Assembly: GCA_963795265.1 (NCBI GenBank)
Contig: CAWCHF010000014.1
Location: 77,461-141,460, forward strand
Source of the DNA: an uncultured Actinomycetota bacterium
GTDB taxonomy: Bacteria; Actinomycetota; Actinomycetes; Streptosporangiales; Streptosporangiaceae
DNA: 64,000 nt
Direction: 5' to 3'
Shown here: one piece after another, positions 1-9,774 of the stretch
Layout: every line of letters starts with the position of its first letter
How positions within the stretch are numbered: position 1 is the first letter of the stretch
The notes under the pieces: model-generated
Database searches by the model: none
Seen by the model: only the letters and a program-made list of their open reading frames with translations
Told to the model about the DNA's origin: nothing
Position numbers and translations under genes: made by a program

Positions 1-109
1 TAGTGATTCGGAGCAACGTTCCGGATCGGAGCAATGCTCCGGAACCTTCATCATGCCAGATCGATGCGGGACGGGCCATCATGCGCCCGGCGAGGAAGGT
101 ATTCATCCC

Positions 110-1042
110 ATGAGCGACACAACATCGGCCGATGCCGGCACCGACGTGACCACGCCGATCATCTCGGTCAGGCCGGTCACGCTCGCGGCCCCCCACCGCG
201 GCCAGGACCTGCAGGTACGGGTCTCAGCGCCGACGACCGGCCGCGACCTGCCGGTCGTCGTCTTCTCGCACGGCATGACCTTGACCATGGACAGTTACGC
301 ACCGCTCGCAGAATTCTGGGCCGCCCGCGGGTTCGTCGTCATCCAGCCCACCCACCTCGACTCGCTCGGCCTCGCCCCCGATGACCCGCGGACCCCGCTG
401 ATCTGGCGCACCCGGACCGACGACCTGACCGCCATCCTCGACCGACTCGACGCCATCGAAGCCGCCGTACCCGGCCTGGCCGGACGCGTCAGCCACGGCC
501 GCATCGCGGCCGCCGGGCACTCGTGGGGCGCACAGACCGCGAGCACGCTCGCGGGCGCGCGGGTCACCGACGCTGACGGCACGCCCGGCGAGAGCATGGC
601 TGACCCGCGAGTCACGGCGGCAGTGCTGCTCTGCCTGCCCGGAACCGGCGGCGCCGACCTTGTCCCGTTCGCCGCCGAGTACTTCCCCTTCATGAGCCCT
701 GACTTCGCCGAGATGAAGACGCCGAGCCTGATCGTCGCCGGCGACCACGACGACTCCCCGCTGACCGTGCGCGGCCTGGACTGGTTCACCGACGGCTACC
801 TCCTCAGCCCGGGCGCCACCGACCTGCTGACCCTTTCCGGCGCGGAACACGGGCTCGGCGGCATCCACGGTTACCACGACACGCGCACCACCGACGAAAG
901 CCCCCAGCGCGTCGCGGTGGTCCAGCAGGCCACTCTGGCGTACCTGCGCACCGCGCTGGCCCTCGACGACGACGCGTGGCCACACGCCCGTGCAAGACTG
1001 GCCGCGACCAGCGCCCCGCTGGCAAGGACCGACTCGAAGTGA
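110..1042 (+). CDS. alpha/beta hydrolase (chlorophyllase / PAF-acetylhydrolase-like)
   Basis: ORF 53..1042. Internal ATG at 110 is preceded by GAGGAAGG about 10 nt upstream. GHSWG nucleophile-elbow motif and VVVFSHG oxyanion-type motif. Confidence 0.75.
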   Translation: MSDTTSADAGTDVTTPIISVRPVTLAAPHRGQDLQVRVSAPTTGRDLPVVVFSHGMTLTMDSYAPLAEFWAARGFVVIQPTHLDSLGLAPDDPRTPLIWRTRTDDLTAILDRLDAIEAAVPGLAGRVSHGRIAAAGHSWGAQTASTLAGARVTDADGTPGESMADPRVTAAVLLCLPGTGGADLVPFAAEYFPFMSPDFAEMKTPSLIVAGDHDDSPLTVRGLDWFTDGYLLSPGATDLLTLSGAEHGLGGIHGYHDTRTTDESPQRVAVVQQATLAYLRTALALDDDAWPHARARLAATSAPLARTDSK

Positions 1043-1929
1043 CCAGCCCCCTCGCGCCGGCCCGCGGGCCCAGCTTCGGAATCCTGACCGCCCCGTCGCA
1101 GGTCGCCTACGACGACGTCCTGCGCGTCTGGCGCGAGGCGGACCGCCTCCCGCAGATCGAGCATGCCTGGCTGTTCGACCACCTCATGCCGATATCCGGT
1201 GACCCGAACGGACCCACCTTCGAGGGCTGGACACTGCTGTCCGCTCTAGCGGCCCAGACCGAACGGCTACGCCTCGGGCTGCTGGTCACCAGCAACAGGT
1301 TCCGCCCGCCTGCCATGCTGGCCAAGATCGCCGCCAGCGTCGATGTCATCTCCGGCGGCCGGCTCGAGTTCGGCATCGGCGCAGGCTCCCGGCCCGACGT
1401 ACCACTGGCCCGGCGTGAGTACGAGGCTCACGGCCTGCCCTTCCACGACGCCGCCTACGCGGTCGGAAGCCTCGCCGAGGCGTGCGCGATCATTCGCCGG
1501 CTGTGGACCGAAACGGTACCCTTCGACTTCCACGGCAGCCACCACCAGCTGACGGGCGCGTTCTGCAGTCCCAAACCCGTGCAGCAGCCCTACCCCCCGA
1601 TCATGATCGGCGGCCGGTCCACCCCGACCATGCGCGTGGTGGCCGAGCATGCCGACCGGTGGAACATGCCCGGCGGCAGCATCGACGACGCAATCGCGCG
1701 GAACATCACGCTGGACCGCCTGTGCGCCGAGATCGGCCGCGACCCGGCCGAGATCACCCGATCGATTGTCCTGCCCGCTTCATACGACCGGCCCAGCGAC
1801 ACCCGGCACGCAATCCGCGCGGCGCTCGACGGCGGGTTCAGCCACATCGTGCTCAGCCTCGGCCCGCCGTATCCGGTCGAGGTCGCGCGCTGGGTCGCTG
1901 ACACCATCATCACCGCCACCACCCACTGA
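1039..1929 (+). CDS. LLM-class (luciferase-like) F420-dependent oxidoreductase
   Basis: ORF 976..1929. GTG at 1039 overlaps the upstream stop (GTGA coupling). Sequence ...EHAWLFDHLMP...RLRLGLLVTSNRFRPPAMLAKIAASVDVISGGRLEFGIGAG... is typical of the LLM family. Confidence 0.75.
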   Translation: MTSPLAPARGPSFGILTAPSQVAYDDVLRVWREADRLPQIEHAWLFDHLMPISGDPNGPTFEGWTLLSALAAQTERLRLGLLVTSNRFRPPAMLAKIAASVDVISGGRLEFGIGAGSRPDVPLARREYEAHGLPFHDAAYAVGSLAEACAIIRRLWTETVPFDFHGSHHQLTGAFCSPKPVQQPYPPIMIGGRSTPTMRVVAEHADRWNMPGGSIDDAIARNITLDRLCAEIGRDPAEITRSIVLPASYDRPSDTRHAIRAALDGGFSHIVLSLGPPYPVEVARWVADTIITATTH

Positions 1930-2179
1930 CCCAGGCCATCGTCGCTCGACCGGTCTACCGGGCTACACAAGAACCCGTCGGCGCTAGAACACCTATGCCA
2001 GCCACTTTGACAGCCTGCTGCGCGAGGCACCTGAGGGTCTGTCAGGATTGATGACCGAGACGCGCGAGGGCCCCTTCTGGGTCGCCGTGAGAGGCAGAGC
2101 ACCGCTGCCGCCAGCGGCAGTAAGATTCGTTTACCGATACGACCCTGAGCTGGGCTGCCCTACTTCCTCGGAGTCCGCA

Positions 2180-2779
2180 TCAAGCTGAAAGGCGGGACGC
2201 GAGGACGAGTTCGGCGGCACGCGCCTGCAGGTCGCTGAAGGCTGCATCGGCCAAGGGCGGGAACGGTTCGTCATCGGTCGCCTTCATCCAGCGCTCGAAC
2301 GCGACGCTGAAAGCGAGCATGCCCATCTCCGCCCCCAGTCGCGCGGTGAGTTCGTCTGTGCCTCGCTCGCACAGGGCAGCGGTGACCGACTGGGTGATCC
2401 GGGCGTGCTTGAGTAGTCCCCGCTCCTGCAACTCGCTGTTCGCCGCGACCACCAGTCTGCGCCGGGCGGCAGCGGCCCGCAGTTGCGGGGTCATCGCGAC
2501 CCCAGCCGCCGTGAGCGCCGCCCGCAGGTATTCGGTGAGCGTCCCTCCAGGCGGCGCAGCCCGGATGGCGTCGGCGAATAGCCCGGCCAGCACGTCTTCC
2601 CCGCCGAAGAGGACCTCGCGCTTGTCCGCGAAATGCCGGAAAAACGTAGCGCGGTTCATTCCCGCGCGGTCCGCGATCTGCGCGACGGTCGTCTGCTCGT
2701 ACCCGGCCGCCACGAACAGGTCCAGTGCGGCGGTCTCCAGCCGCTCGCGCGCATTCGGTGCCCATCTGCTCACTGTCAC
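2180..2779 (-). CDS. TetR family transcriptional regulator
   Basis: 199-aa ORF with an N-terminal HTH (TTVAQIADRAGMNRATFFRHFADKREVLF). Divergent from the SDR gene. Confidence 0.85.
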   Translation of the reverse strand: MTVSRWAPNARERLETAALDLFVAAGYEQTTVAQIADRAGMNRATFFRHFADKREVLFGGEDVLAGLFADAIRAAPPGGTLTEYLRAALTAAGVAMTPQLRAAAARRRLVVAANSELQERGLLKHARITQSVTAALCERGTDELTARLGAEMGMLAFSVAFERWMKATDDEPFPPLADAAFSDLQARAAELVLASRLSA

Positions 2780-2796
2780 ATCCTAAGCGACGCGAT

Positions 2797-2869
2797 CGGA
2801 TCGCATCACTTGCGAGTCGATGCGACGCGGTCGCATCGACGTGGTAGGGTAATGCGACTGGATCGCATC
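2797..2869. promoter_or_regulatory. array of TetR-operator-like half sites (GATGCGA / TCGCATC), including a perfect 23-bp palindrome at 2817..2839
   Basis: TCGATGCGAC-GCG-GTCGCATCGA read directly at 2817-2839. Further half sites at 2801-2807, 2852-2858 and 2863-2869, all in the TetR/SDR divergent intergenic region. Confidence 0.55.
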
Positions 2870-2934
2870 GTTCTGGTCGCGGTGCCTGCGCCGCGCATCC
2901 TCGTCACCTGCAGCACAACCAAGGAGAATCTTTC

Positions 2935-3817
2935 ATGCGCATCTTCGTCACTGGCGCTTCGGGCTGGATCGGCTCGGCCGTCGTCCCCGAGCTCGTCGGT
3001 GCCGGCCACCAGGTCGTCGGCCTGGCCCGCTCGGACTCCTCCGCCAAAGCAGTCGCCGCCATGGGCGCCGAGGTGCTACGCGGCGACCTGAACGACACCG
3101 ACGTGCTGGGCGCCGGCACCCTCGACAGCGACGGCGTCATCCATCTGGCCTTCGTCGTGCCCAGCGTGAGCGAGGCTGCGACGCGGGCCGACGCCAGGGC
3201 CGTCGAGGCGTTTGCCGCCCGCCTCGCCGGCTCCGGCAAGCCCCTGGTGATCTCTGGCGCAACGCTCGTGACACCCGGCCGGCCCGCGACCGAACGCGAC
3301 GAACTCATCGCCGCCGGGCCCATCGCGGCCCGCATCACCAACATGCAGGCCGCCCTCGCTGCCGCGGACAGCGGCGTCCGCTCCTGCCTGGTCATGCTGC
3401 CCCGCTCGGTGCACGGCCAGGGGGAACGTCACGGCTTCGTCCCCCAGCTCATCGCCGCGGCCCGGGCTAAGGGCGTCTCCGGCTACATCGGCGACGGGGC
3501 CAGCCGCTGGCCCGCCGTCCACGTCAAGGACGCCGCACGCCTGTACCGGCTGGCCATCGAGCAGGCTCCCGCCGGCGCAGTGCTCAATGCCGTCGGTGAC
3601 GAAGGCGTGCCGGTCCGGGAGGTCGCCGAGGCCATCGGCCGGCACCTGAACCTGCCGGCCAGGTCCCTGCCCGCCGAAGAATTCGGCGGCATGCTCGTGC
3701 CCCTGCTCAGCACGGGACATGCCCGCTTCTAGCACCATCACCCAGGAACTCCTGGGCTGGAAGCCCACCCATCCCGGCCTCATCGAGGACATCGAACAGG
3801 GCCACTACTTCACCTGA
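2935..3817 (+). CDS. NAD(P)-binding SDR / NmrA-like oxidoreductase, frameshifted near 3711 as sequenced
   Basis: N-terminal MRIFVTGASGWIGSAV Rossmann motif. ORF stops at 3732, but the next frame continues ...STITQELLGWKPTHPGLIEDIEQGHYFT* to 3817. One extra G in ACGGGAC explains the shift. Confidence 0.75.
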
Positions 3818-3936
3818 CCAGCCCCATACGCGGTTCCGGGGGAATAAGGACTTGGCGAGCTGCGGTCGACAGGATCCGGCGGGGGCGACGCCTAGGCCAG
3901 CAGCCGGCAGCGCACCGTTTAGGAGAATGCGGTGGC

Positions 3937-4001
3937 GTGATCGGCGGCGAACTCAAAAGCCAATGCGTTCTCAGTAGCGTTTTCGCACTTCAGGGCACGC
4001 T
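3937..4001 (+). repeat. recombinase-tail repeat, copy A (partial)
   Basis: Shares ...AAGCCAATGCGTTCTCAGTAGCGTTTTCGCACTT... with copies B and C. Immediately precedes a DUF2637 remnant. Confidence 0.55.
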
Positions 4002-4178
4002 GTGACCGCGCGGGCCGATCGGTGGATTCGGCGGACCACTATCGGCTGCGTCAGCATACTGGCGTTGATCGCCGGGACAGTTTCGTATCTGCATGCACAT
4101 CGGGACCAGGTACAGCCGCCACGAGCGGTGGGGCGGATGGTGAAGCAGTCCGGCGTGGCGGGGGAGATCGGCTCGTGA
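4002..4178 (+). pseudogene. DUF2637-family gene remnant with a ~0.5 kb internal deletion
   Basis: Reads ...RADRWIRRTTIGCVSILALIAGTVSYLHAH then jumps to the C-terminal ...GRMVKQSGVAGEIGS*. Both ends align to the intact copy at 7573..8250. Junction lies at shared ACAT microhomology. Confidence 0.7.
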
Positions 4179-4400
4179 GGCTGGACTGCTGTGCGGTGGG
4201 CTGGCTGGAAGCCCAGACATCGACCCCGGAAAGGCCTGAGGCCCATGATCATTGCAGGCCGTGGACCTCCCTCGGACCGCCTTCCCGACGCGGCAGGCTC
4301 CGTTGGCTGATCCTGGCCGACTCGCCATCCCAGGCTCTCAACCTTGCATGTACTACAGCCTTATTCTAGGTTGAAAGGTAACCTATAACAAGGAGGTGAG

Positions 4401-5686
4401 ATGGCAAAGGTTATCCGTAAGCACTGGATCAGCGAAGCCAGCCCAGGGGTGGCTCGACGCGACCGGCCATCCTGCGACTACGAAGCATACGTCCCTGACC
4501 TCCTCACTGGCCGGAAGCAGAATATTCGAAGGGAGCACGGCAGCTGACATCGCCGATGCAGAGCGCGCTATAGCCGTCTTGGACGCTCAAGCTTCTACAT
4601 TGGTCGATACAGAGGCACTTGCTCGTATCCTGCTTCGCGCAGAAGCTGTCGCTTCCTCGCGCATCGAAGGACTAGAGGTCGGCGCACGTCGTCTGCTCAG
4701 AGCAGAAGCAGCCATTGACATGGGCGAACAGCCAACCGACGTCACCGCTGCCGAAGTCCTGGGGAACATCGAAGCGATGGCATCTGCGGTCCAGCAGATC
4801 GCGCCGGGAGACCCGATCACCGTCAACATACTTCTTGACTTTCACAAGCGGCTCCTCAGCGGTACCAGGCTGGAGACCTACGCGGGTCGTACTTCGGTCT
4901 GAGCAGAACTGGATAGGAGGTAGCAACTACAACCCCTGCTCGGCAACATTCATCCCGCCCCCGCCGGAATGCGTCCCTGACTTGCTCGAGGACCTTTTCA
5001 GCTTCTGCAACGACGACGCGCTGCCTGCCGTTGCGCAGGCGGCAATGGCGCATTCGCAATTCGAGACGATCCATCCCTTCGTTGACGGCAATGGCCGAAC
5101 AGGTCGGGCTCTGATTCACTTGATCCTCCGCCGACGTGGCTTGGCAACCCGCGTGCTGCCACCGGTTTCGCTCGTCCTTGCAACGTGGGCAAAGGACTAT
5201 GTAGATGGGTTGCAGGCAACCAGGTATAGAGGCCCGGCATCGTCGACTGCCGCGCGGAATGGGATTAATCTCTGGGTCGCTAGATTCGCTGCCGCCTGCC
5301 TCCGTGCTGTCGCTGACGCATCCGACTTCGAGAGACGATCACAATTGCTTCAGGAGGAGTGGCGAGAGAAGCTCGGCTCAGTCCGAGCTAACTCGGCTAC
5401 CGATCTGCTCCTGCGCGCCTTGCCTGGAGCGCCGCTCCTCACAGTCAAGTCTGCAACGACGCTCATCGGACGCACGTTCCCGGCCGCCAATGATGCGATT
5501 AAGAGACTTGCAGACGCAGGGATACTGCGTCCAATCAGTTTGGGCACCCGAAACCGAGCCTTCGAAGCTACGGCGGTGATTGAGGCATTCACTGCCCTCG
5601 AACGGCAACTCGCTAGCCCCGAAGGGAATACTCTGAGCAGCGAGCCGTCGCGCCGGGTGCCATACCGACAAGTGTCCGTCAACTAG
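4401..5686 (+). pseudogene. Fic/DOC family protein (AMPylase-type), two frameshifts as sequenced
   Basis: AAGGAGG RBS at 4391 and ATG at 4401. Canonical Fic motif HPFVDGNGRTGRAL. Frame breaks near 4515 and 4887 (LETYAG|VLRSEQNWIGG). About 53-58% GC, lower than the flanks. Confidence 0.8.
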
Positions 5687-6274
5687 CGGCAATGCGTTCA
5701 AGGTCCTCAGCCATGTGGGACGGTGTTGTCGAAGTCTGCCTGGTCCTTGGGGCGTGCGTGCTTGGCCTTGAAGAGCAGGACCAGTTCGGGCGCCAGGTAC
5801 GGGATGCCGCCGGGCGTGTGGTGAATGATCTCGCTATAGGGAAGCCGGATCGTCTCGTCGTGCCGGCAGATCCAGGTCTCGCCGTCATGGGGTTCACGGA
5901 ACACATCGAGCAGGTAGTTGCCGGTGGTCCGGGTCGCGGAGCCAGGTCTGGTGTGTGGCGGCCAGCATGTCCGGTGATGCTTCCTCCCAGATCCGGCCGT
6001 TGCCTACCGCGTCGAAGGCGTATCCCGGAAACCGGTCGCGGATCCGGGGAAAGCACGCCGCGGGGAGCGCGATCTCGATGTCTCCGTGGTGGCGCGTCTG
6101 CGCGCCGCGGAACAGATCCAGAGCCCATCCCGCAGCCACGCACCATGGTGTGGTGATCCCGGCCAGGTGCTGCGCGACCTGGCGCGGGGACCAGCACGAT
6201 GACCACCTTGCATCCAGGGCATCGATCTCAGCGGGTGACAACTCGATGCCACCGCCACGCGGTTGCGCGTCCAC
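5679..6274 (-). pseudogene. nucleotidyltransferase-fold protein (aminoglycoside-2''-adenylyltransferase-like family), frameshifted
   Basis: ORFs 5894..6274 and 5707..5904 join into one protein: ...WCVAAGWALDLFRGAQTRHHGDIEIALP... then ...DVFREPHDGETWICRHDETIRLPY...LLFKAKHARPKDQADF. Break near 5900. Confidence 0.6.
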
Positions 6275-6284
6275 AGGAAGGAAC

Positions 6285-6868
6285 CTACCAGCGAGATTGG
6301 GCCGGCAGCCGTGCCTGACCTGGGCCAGGCCAGTAGGTACTTGCCGGGCGGTGAATGCGCTCGAGTGCTTCGCGGAGGTCGTCGGGTAGCGGGTCGGCGG
6401 CGGTGAAGGCGTGCGGCCCGGCCTGGATCTGAATGGTCCGGTAGCGGCGGGCGGTCTTGACGAACTTGCGGATCGACCAGCCGGTTCGTGCCTCGATCCA
6501 GCGGCTGACCGCCAGGGCGGCGAACACGATGGTCAGGTGCGCTTCGATCGAGTCGCGGGTGCGGTGGTAGATCGGCCGGGCCTGCAGGTCGCTCTTGGCC
6601 ATCCGGAATGACTTCTCGATCCGGAAGAGCTGGTGGTAGGCGCCGATCACGAACTCCGCGGTCACCGGGATGCCGTCCGGGCAGGCCCGCAGGTTGGGGA
6701 CGTAAGCCTTTCAGCCCGGCCAGCGCCCGGCCCCTGGCCGCGAGGTCGCGGTTGCTGGTCCGGTTGCCGCCGGACAGCTTGACGAACCGGTTGCGTTCCA
6801 GGTGCAGCAGCTGCTGATCTCGCGGCGAGCCCGCACCGGCCCGCGCGAGCGCATCCGCACGCGCCACG
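6285..6868 (-). mobile_element. IS1634-family (IS4 superfamily) transposase, C-terminal fragment only, frameshifted
   Basis: ...NRFVKLSGGNRTSNRDLAARGRALAGLKG / YVPNLRACPDGIPVTAEFVIGAYHQLFRIEKSFRMAKSDLQARPIYHRTRDSIEAHLTIVFAALAVSRWIE... The N-terminal two-thirds are absent. Confidence 0.7.
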
Positions 6869-7500
6869 TCTACGCCCTGGCTGGCCAGGTTGTCTGCGAC
6901 GCCTGCGACCGGAAGATGCAGGCCAGCCGAGCAAACGGATACGTCTACTGCCGCTGCCGGTTCGCCGCCCAGTAGGCGATCGTCAACAGGATCAGCCATC
7001 CCCGCGACATCCTCATTCGCGAGGCCGAGCTGGTGCCCGCACTCGACGAATGGCTGGCCAGCCAGTTCGAGCCGGACCGCGTCGAGGCCACCATCGATGT
7101 CCTGACCTTGGCGCAGGAAGACCCTGGCGCCAAGCGGCAGACCATCCTCCAGGCCAGGCAGATCATCTGCGACTGCGAGGCGAAGACGGCGCGCTACCAG
7201 GCCGCGATCGACGCCGGCGCGGACATCCAGGAGATCAGCCGGTGGATAAACGCCACCAAGGCCGAGCGCCTGGCCGCCGAGGCAATGCCGCATTACCAGT
7301 GACTGCCCGAGCCGGATGACCCGCGACGAGATCACGACCCTCGTTCACCGGACCGCCAGCTTCACCGCAAGCGCTAAGGGACGCCGACATGGCGGACAAG
7401 GCAGCCCTCTATAAGGGACTGAACCTGCGGCTGACCTACGAGCACGTGACTGGGGTCATCCGGGCAGAAGCGCAGCTAGGCGAGGGCCCGTTTTGAATAA
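6845..7500 (+). pseudogene. large serine recombinase, C-terminal half only (zinc-ribbon and coiled-coil), in-frame stop plus frameshifts
   Basis: ...HVYALAGQVVCDACDRKMQASRANGYVYCRCRFAAQ*AIVNRISHPRDILIREAELVPALDEWLASQF... with TAG at 6973-6975. Tail ...DKAALYKGLNLRLTYEH... lies in other frames. N-terminal catalytic domain replaced by the IS fragment. Confidence 0.7.
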
Positions 7501-7501
7501 A

Positions 7502-7572
7502 GTGCGTGTCCGGGGGGAGCGCGCCAATAGCCAATGCATGATGACGGGTGAGTTCGCACTTGGGGGCGCGCG
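7502..7572 (+). repeat. recombinase-tail repeat, copy B (reference copy, terminal codons of the recombinase pseudogene)
   Basis: GTGCGTGTCCGGGGGGAGCGCGCCAATAGCCAATGCATGATGACGGGTGAGTTCGCACTTGGGGGCGCGCG. Translates VRVRGERANSQCMMTGEFALGGAR*. Confidence 0.65.
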
Positions 7573-8250
7573 ATGACCGGTCGGGCGGATCGGTGGATCC
7601 GGCGCACGACCATCGGGTGCGTGGGGATGCTCGCGCTGATCGCCGGGACCGTCTCCTACTTGCACATGCACCTGCTGGTGGAGCTGCACGGCCAGCCCGG
7701 CTGGGTTGCGGCGCTGACGCCGCTGTCCGTGGACGGGATGATCGTGGCCGCGTCGACGACCCTGCTCGCCGACTCGCGTGTCGGCGGGCGGGGTGGGTTC
7801 TTGCCGTGGACACTGCTTGTGGCGGGCAGCGCCGCGAGCCTGGCCGCGAACGTGGCGGTCGCCGAGCCCACGGCAACTGGACGGGTGATCGCCGCCTGGC
7901 CGTCGTACGCGTTGATCGCCGCATATGAGCTCCTTATGCGCCAGGTCCGCAAGGCGTCGGAGAACGCTGTGGCCGGGCAGCGGTCAAGGAGGTCACTTGG
8001 CGCGGTGACTGCCAGTGGCGGCAAGCCGGGTTCTGCAAGCCGGGCCGCGGCACCCGAACGCAGGGCATCGGGGCGGGACTTGCGGCTGGAAGCGTGGCAG
8101 TGGGCTCAGGACAACCGGGCTGCCGATGGCTCGCTTCCCTCGGGTCGGGACATCGGGACCAGATACGGCCGCCACGAACGGTGGGGGCGGATGGTCAAGC
8201 GCTCGGGCCTGGTCGGCGATCTAAGCGAGATCAGCTCGACACGTAGCTAG
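7573..8250 (+). CDS. DUF2637-family membrane protein (intact copy)
   Basis: 225-aa ORF. TM segments IGCVGMLALIAGTVSYLHMH, VAALTPLSVDGMIVAAS and LLVAGSAASLAANVAV. C-terminal HTH-like ...LPSGRDIGTRYGRHERWGRMVKRSG. Confidence 0.75.
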   Translation: MTGRADRWIRRTTIGCVGMLALIAGTVSYLHMHLLVELHGQPGWVAALTPLSVDGMIVAASTTLLADSRVGGRGGFLPWTLLVAGSAASLAANVAVAEPTATGRVIAAWPSYALIAAYELLMRQVRKASENAVAGQRSRRSLGAVTASGGKPGSASRAAAPERRASGRDLRLEAWQWAQDNRAADGSLPSGRDIGTRYGRHERWGRMVKRSGLVGDLSEISSTRS

Positions 8251-8301
8251 CTAGCAGGCGATATTCCTAGGTTGGGCATTACATCGCGATATGAAAGTTT
8301 C

Positions 8302-9190
8302 ATGGCTGCAGACCAGAGCACACCGGTGACTGAGCCTGTATCTGCCGATGGCGGACCAACCGAGACGATCTCTCAGTTCGTTGCGCGCGTTCTAGATCAG
8401 TTGTCGTTGAGCGCATGGCTACCGGCCGCGGCACTGCTGCTACTGCTGGACTTCATCGTGCAGCTAGGCGTTGCGTTGGATGCCAAGGGGGAAGGGCCCG
8501 GCCTGGGTAATTGGCGATGCTCTGACCCGGATGAGCGCGATTGGCATAGGCGGCGCCGTGCTGCTGGTGATCGCAGTAGTGGTCGTCACGATCTTGACGC
8601 AAGCTTTTTCTTTCGAAGCGATCAGAGGTTGGAGGGCTACTGGGGCACGACGGATGCTGTGGAGTCGATCGCGCGGTGGCGAGCAAGTCGACATCGCGGT
8701 CACAAGGGCAAGCTTGACCGTCGTCGGCGGAAGCTGACCGAGGATGCGTGGGCAGTTGCGAAGGCGAAGATCATCGAGATGGAGGATGGCCGTCGGCAGA
8801 ATGGACTGCGGCCTGATCTGACTCCCATCATGATCGGTCGTCTGGAAGCTCGGGTGTTGAAGACGTTTCCGGTCGGTCGGTTGACGCCGAAGCAGCTGGA
8901 GCGCGTTCGTCGATACGATTGGGCAGCGCCAAGCGCCGAGCTCAGGCTTGCTGCGGCGAAGGGTGAAAGTCGGCAAGCAAATGAACGATTTCCCCAGGCC
9001 CGAGCGCACTCTTCCGACGAGGCTAAGGCAACATCCTGCGCGCACATGAGGATCAGATCGAGCACTGAGGCGGTTCGAGCGTTTCATCCAGGATGTCTTC
9101 GATGAAACTGGCCGCGGTGACTTCAGAAGGATCACGGACGAGCAACGGAATACCGCCTTGAGCGTGTACTGTTCTCTATTGTCTTCTTAG
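8302..9190 (+). pseudogene. hypothetical 2-TM membrane protein with charged coiled-coil-like C-terminal part, several frame breaks as sequenced
   Basis: ATG at 8302. TM1 LSAWLPAAALLLLLDFIVQLGVAL. TM2 (AIGIGGAVLLVIAVVVVTILTQAF) is readable only in the +1 frame (ORF 8471..8737), then returns at ...EAIRG|LEGYWG. Tail frames change again after about 8965. About 60-65% GC. Confidence 0.5.
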
Positions 9191-9774
9191 TCGCCGTTGA
9201 GCGGAATAGTAGGGAATTGCTAGGTTCACACCTCAGCAGCTGGCCCTATGCAACTGGCAGTGCCACCGCGGCCAACGGTGGAATTTGGATCATGCACCGC
9301 GCAGCTCTCGCCACGGCGCGAGCATATCGGTGAGCTACTGGTCGCAATCGCGCGGAGAACATACACCTTGACCATTGGCCAGTCTGGATGCCGCGGACAT
9401 GGATCAGGTTCCGGAGCAGGCGGAGCCTCGACCTCGTAGGGGCAGCGAGGCTTGCCGCAGCGCCAAATCACATCCCGGCGCTCGGGAGTCGGCACCCGCC
9501 TGTCATTCACGTGCTTAGCGTGTGCCCCTCGGCTACGAATGTCGACAGCGCCCGGCGGTTCTTCCGCGTATCGAAATCTCCCAGGCAGTGACGTGGCTGA
9601 GCAAGAGGGCGGGTGGCAGAGCGGCGTGGTACTGCCGGGGTGCCCATCAGGCACGACCGACGCGGGAACGAGCACAGGCGACACACTCCCAGATGGCCGC
9701 AGTGACAGCGTGCGGACTCGCACGGCAACCAGACCGGGCGTAATAGCGGAGCCCAATCGCAGTAAATTGATGCC

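Noticed and set aside
224-985. Long antisense or shadow ORFs throughout. Examples: 224..985 (-), 6004..7335 (-), 30483..31499 (-), 33761..35026 (-), 42630..43832 (-), 46133..47212 (-), 53615..54637 (+), 59844..60740 (-), 61095..61982 (-).
   Set aside because: They overlap well-supported genes on the opposite strand or in another frame. They are Arg/Pro/Gly/Ala-rich with no motifs, as expected from stop-codon scarcity in ~70% GC DNA.
4365-9225. Recurrence of CTAGGTT upstream of the Fic gene (about 4367), upstream of the 2-TM gene (about 8266) and after it (about 9219), considered as a possible shared operator.
   Set aside because: At ~70% GC a 7-mer like this is expected about 1-3 times by chance in 64 kb, and more often in these lower-GC patches. 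The flanking sequence is not conserved.
9226-9756. 176-aa minus-strand ORF between the 2-TM gene and the ParB-like gene. It contains a Cys-rich patch, RCGKPRCPYEVE...CPRH.
   Set aside because: My hand count of GC by codon phase over 9281-9520 showed no consistent third-position enrichment in any phase. The sequence is low-complexity and no family is recognisable. The region is left unassigned rather than called as a CDS.
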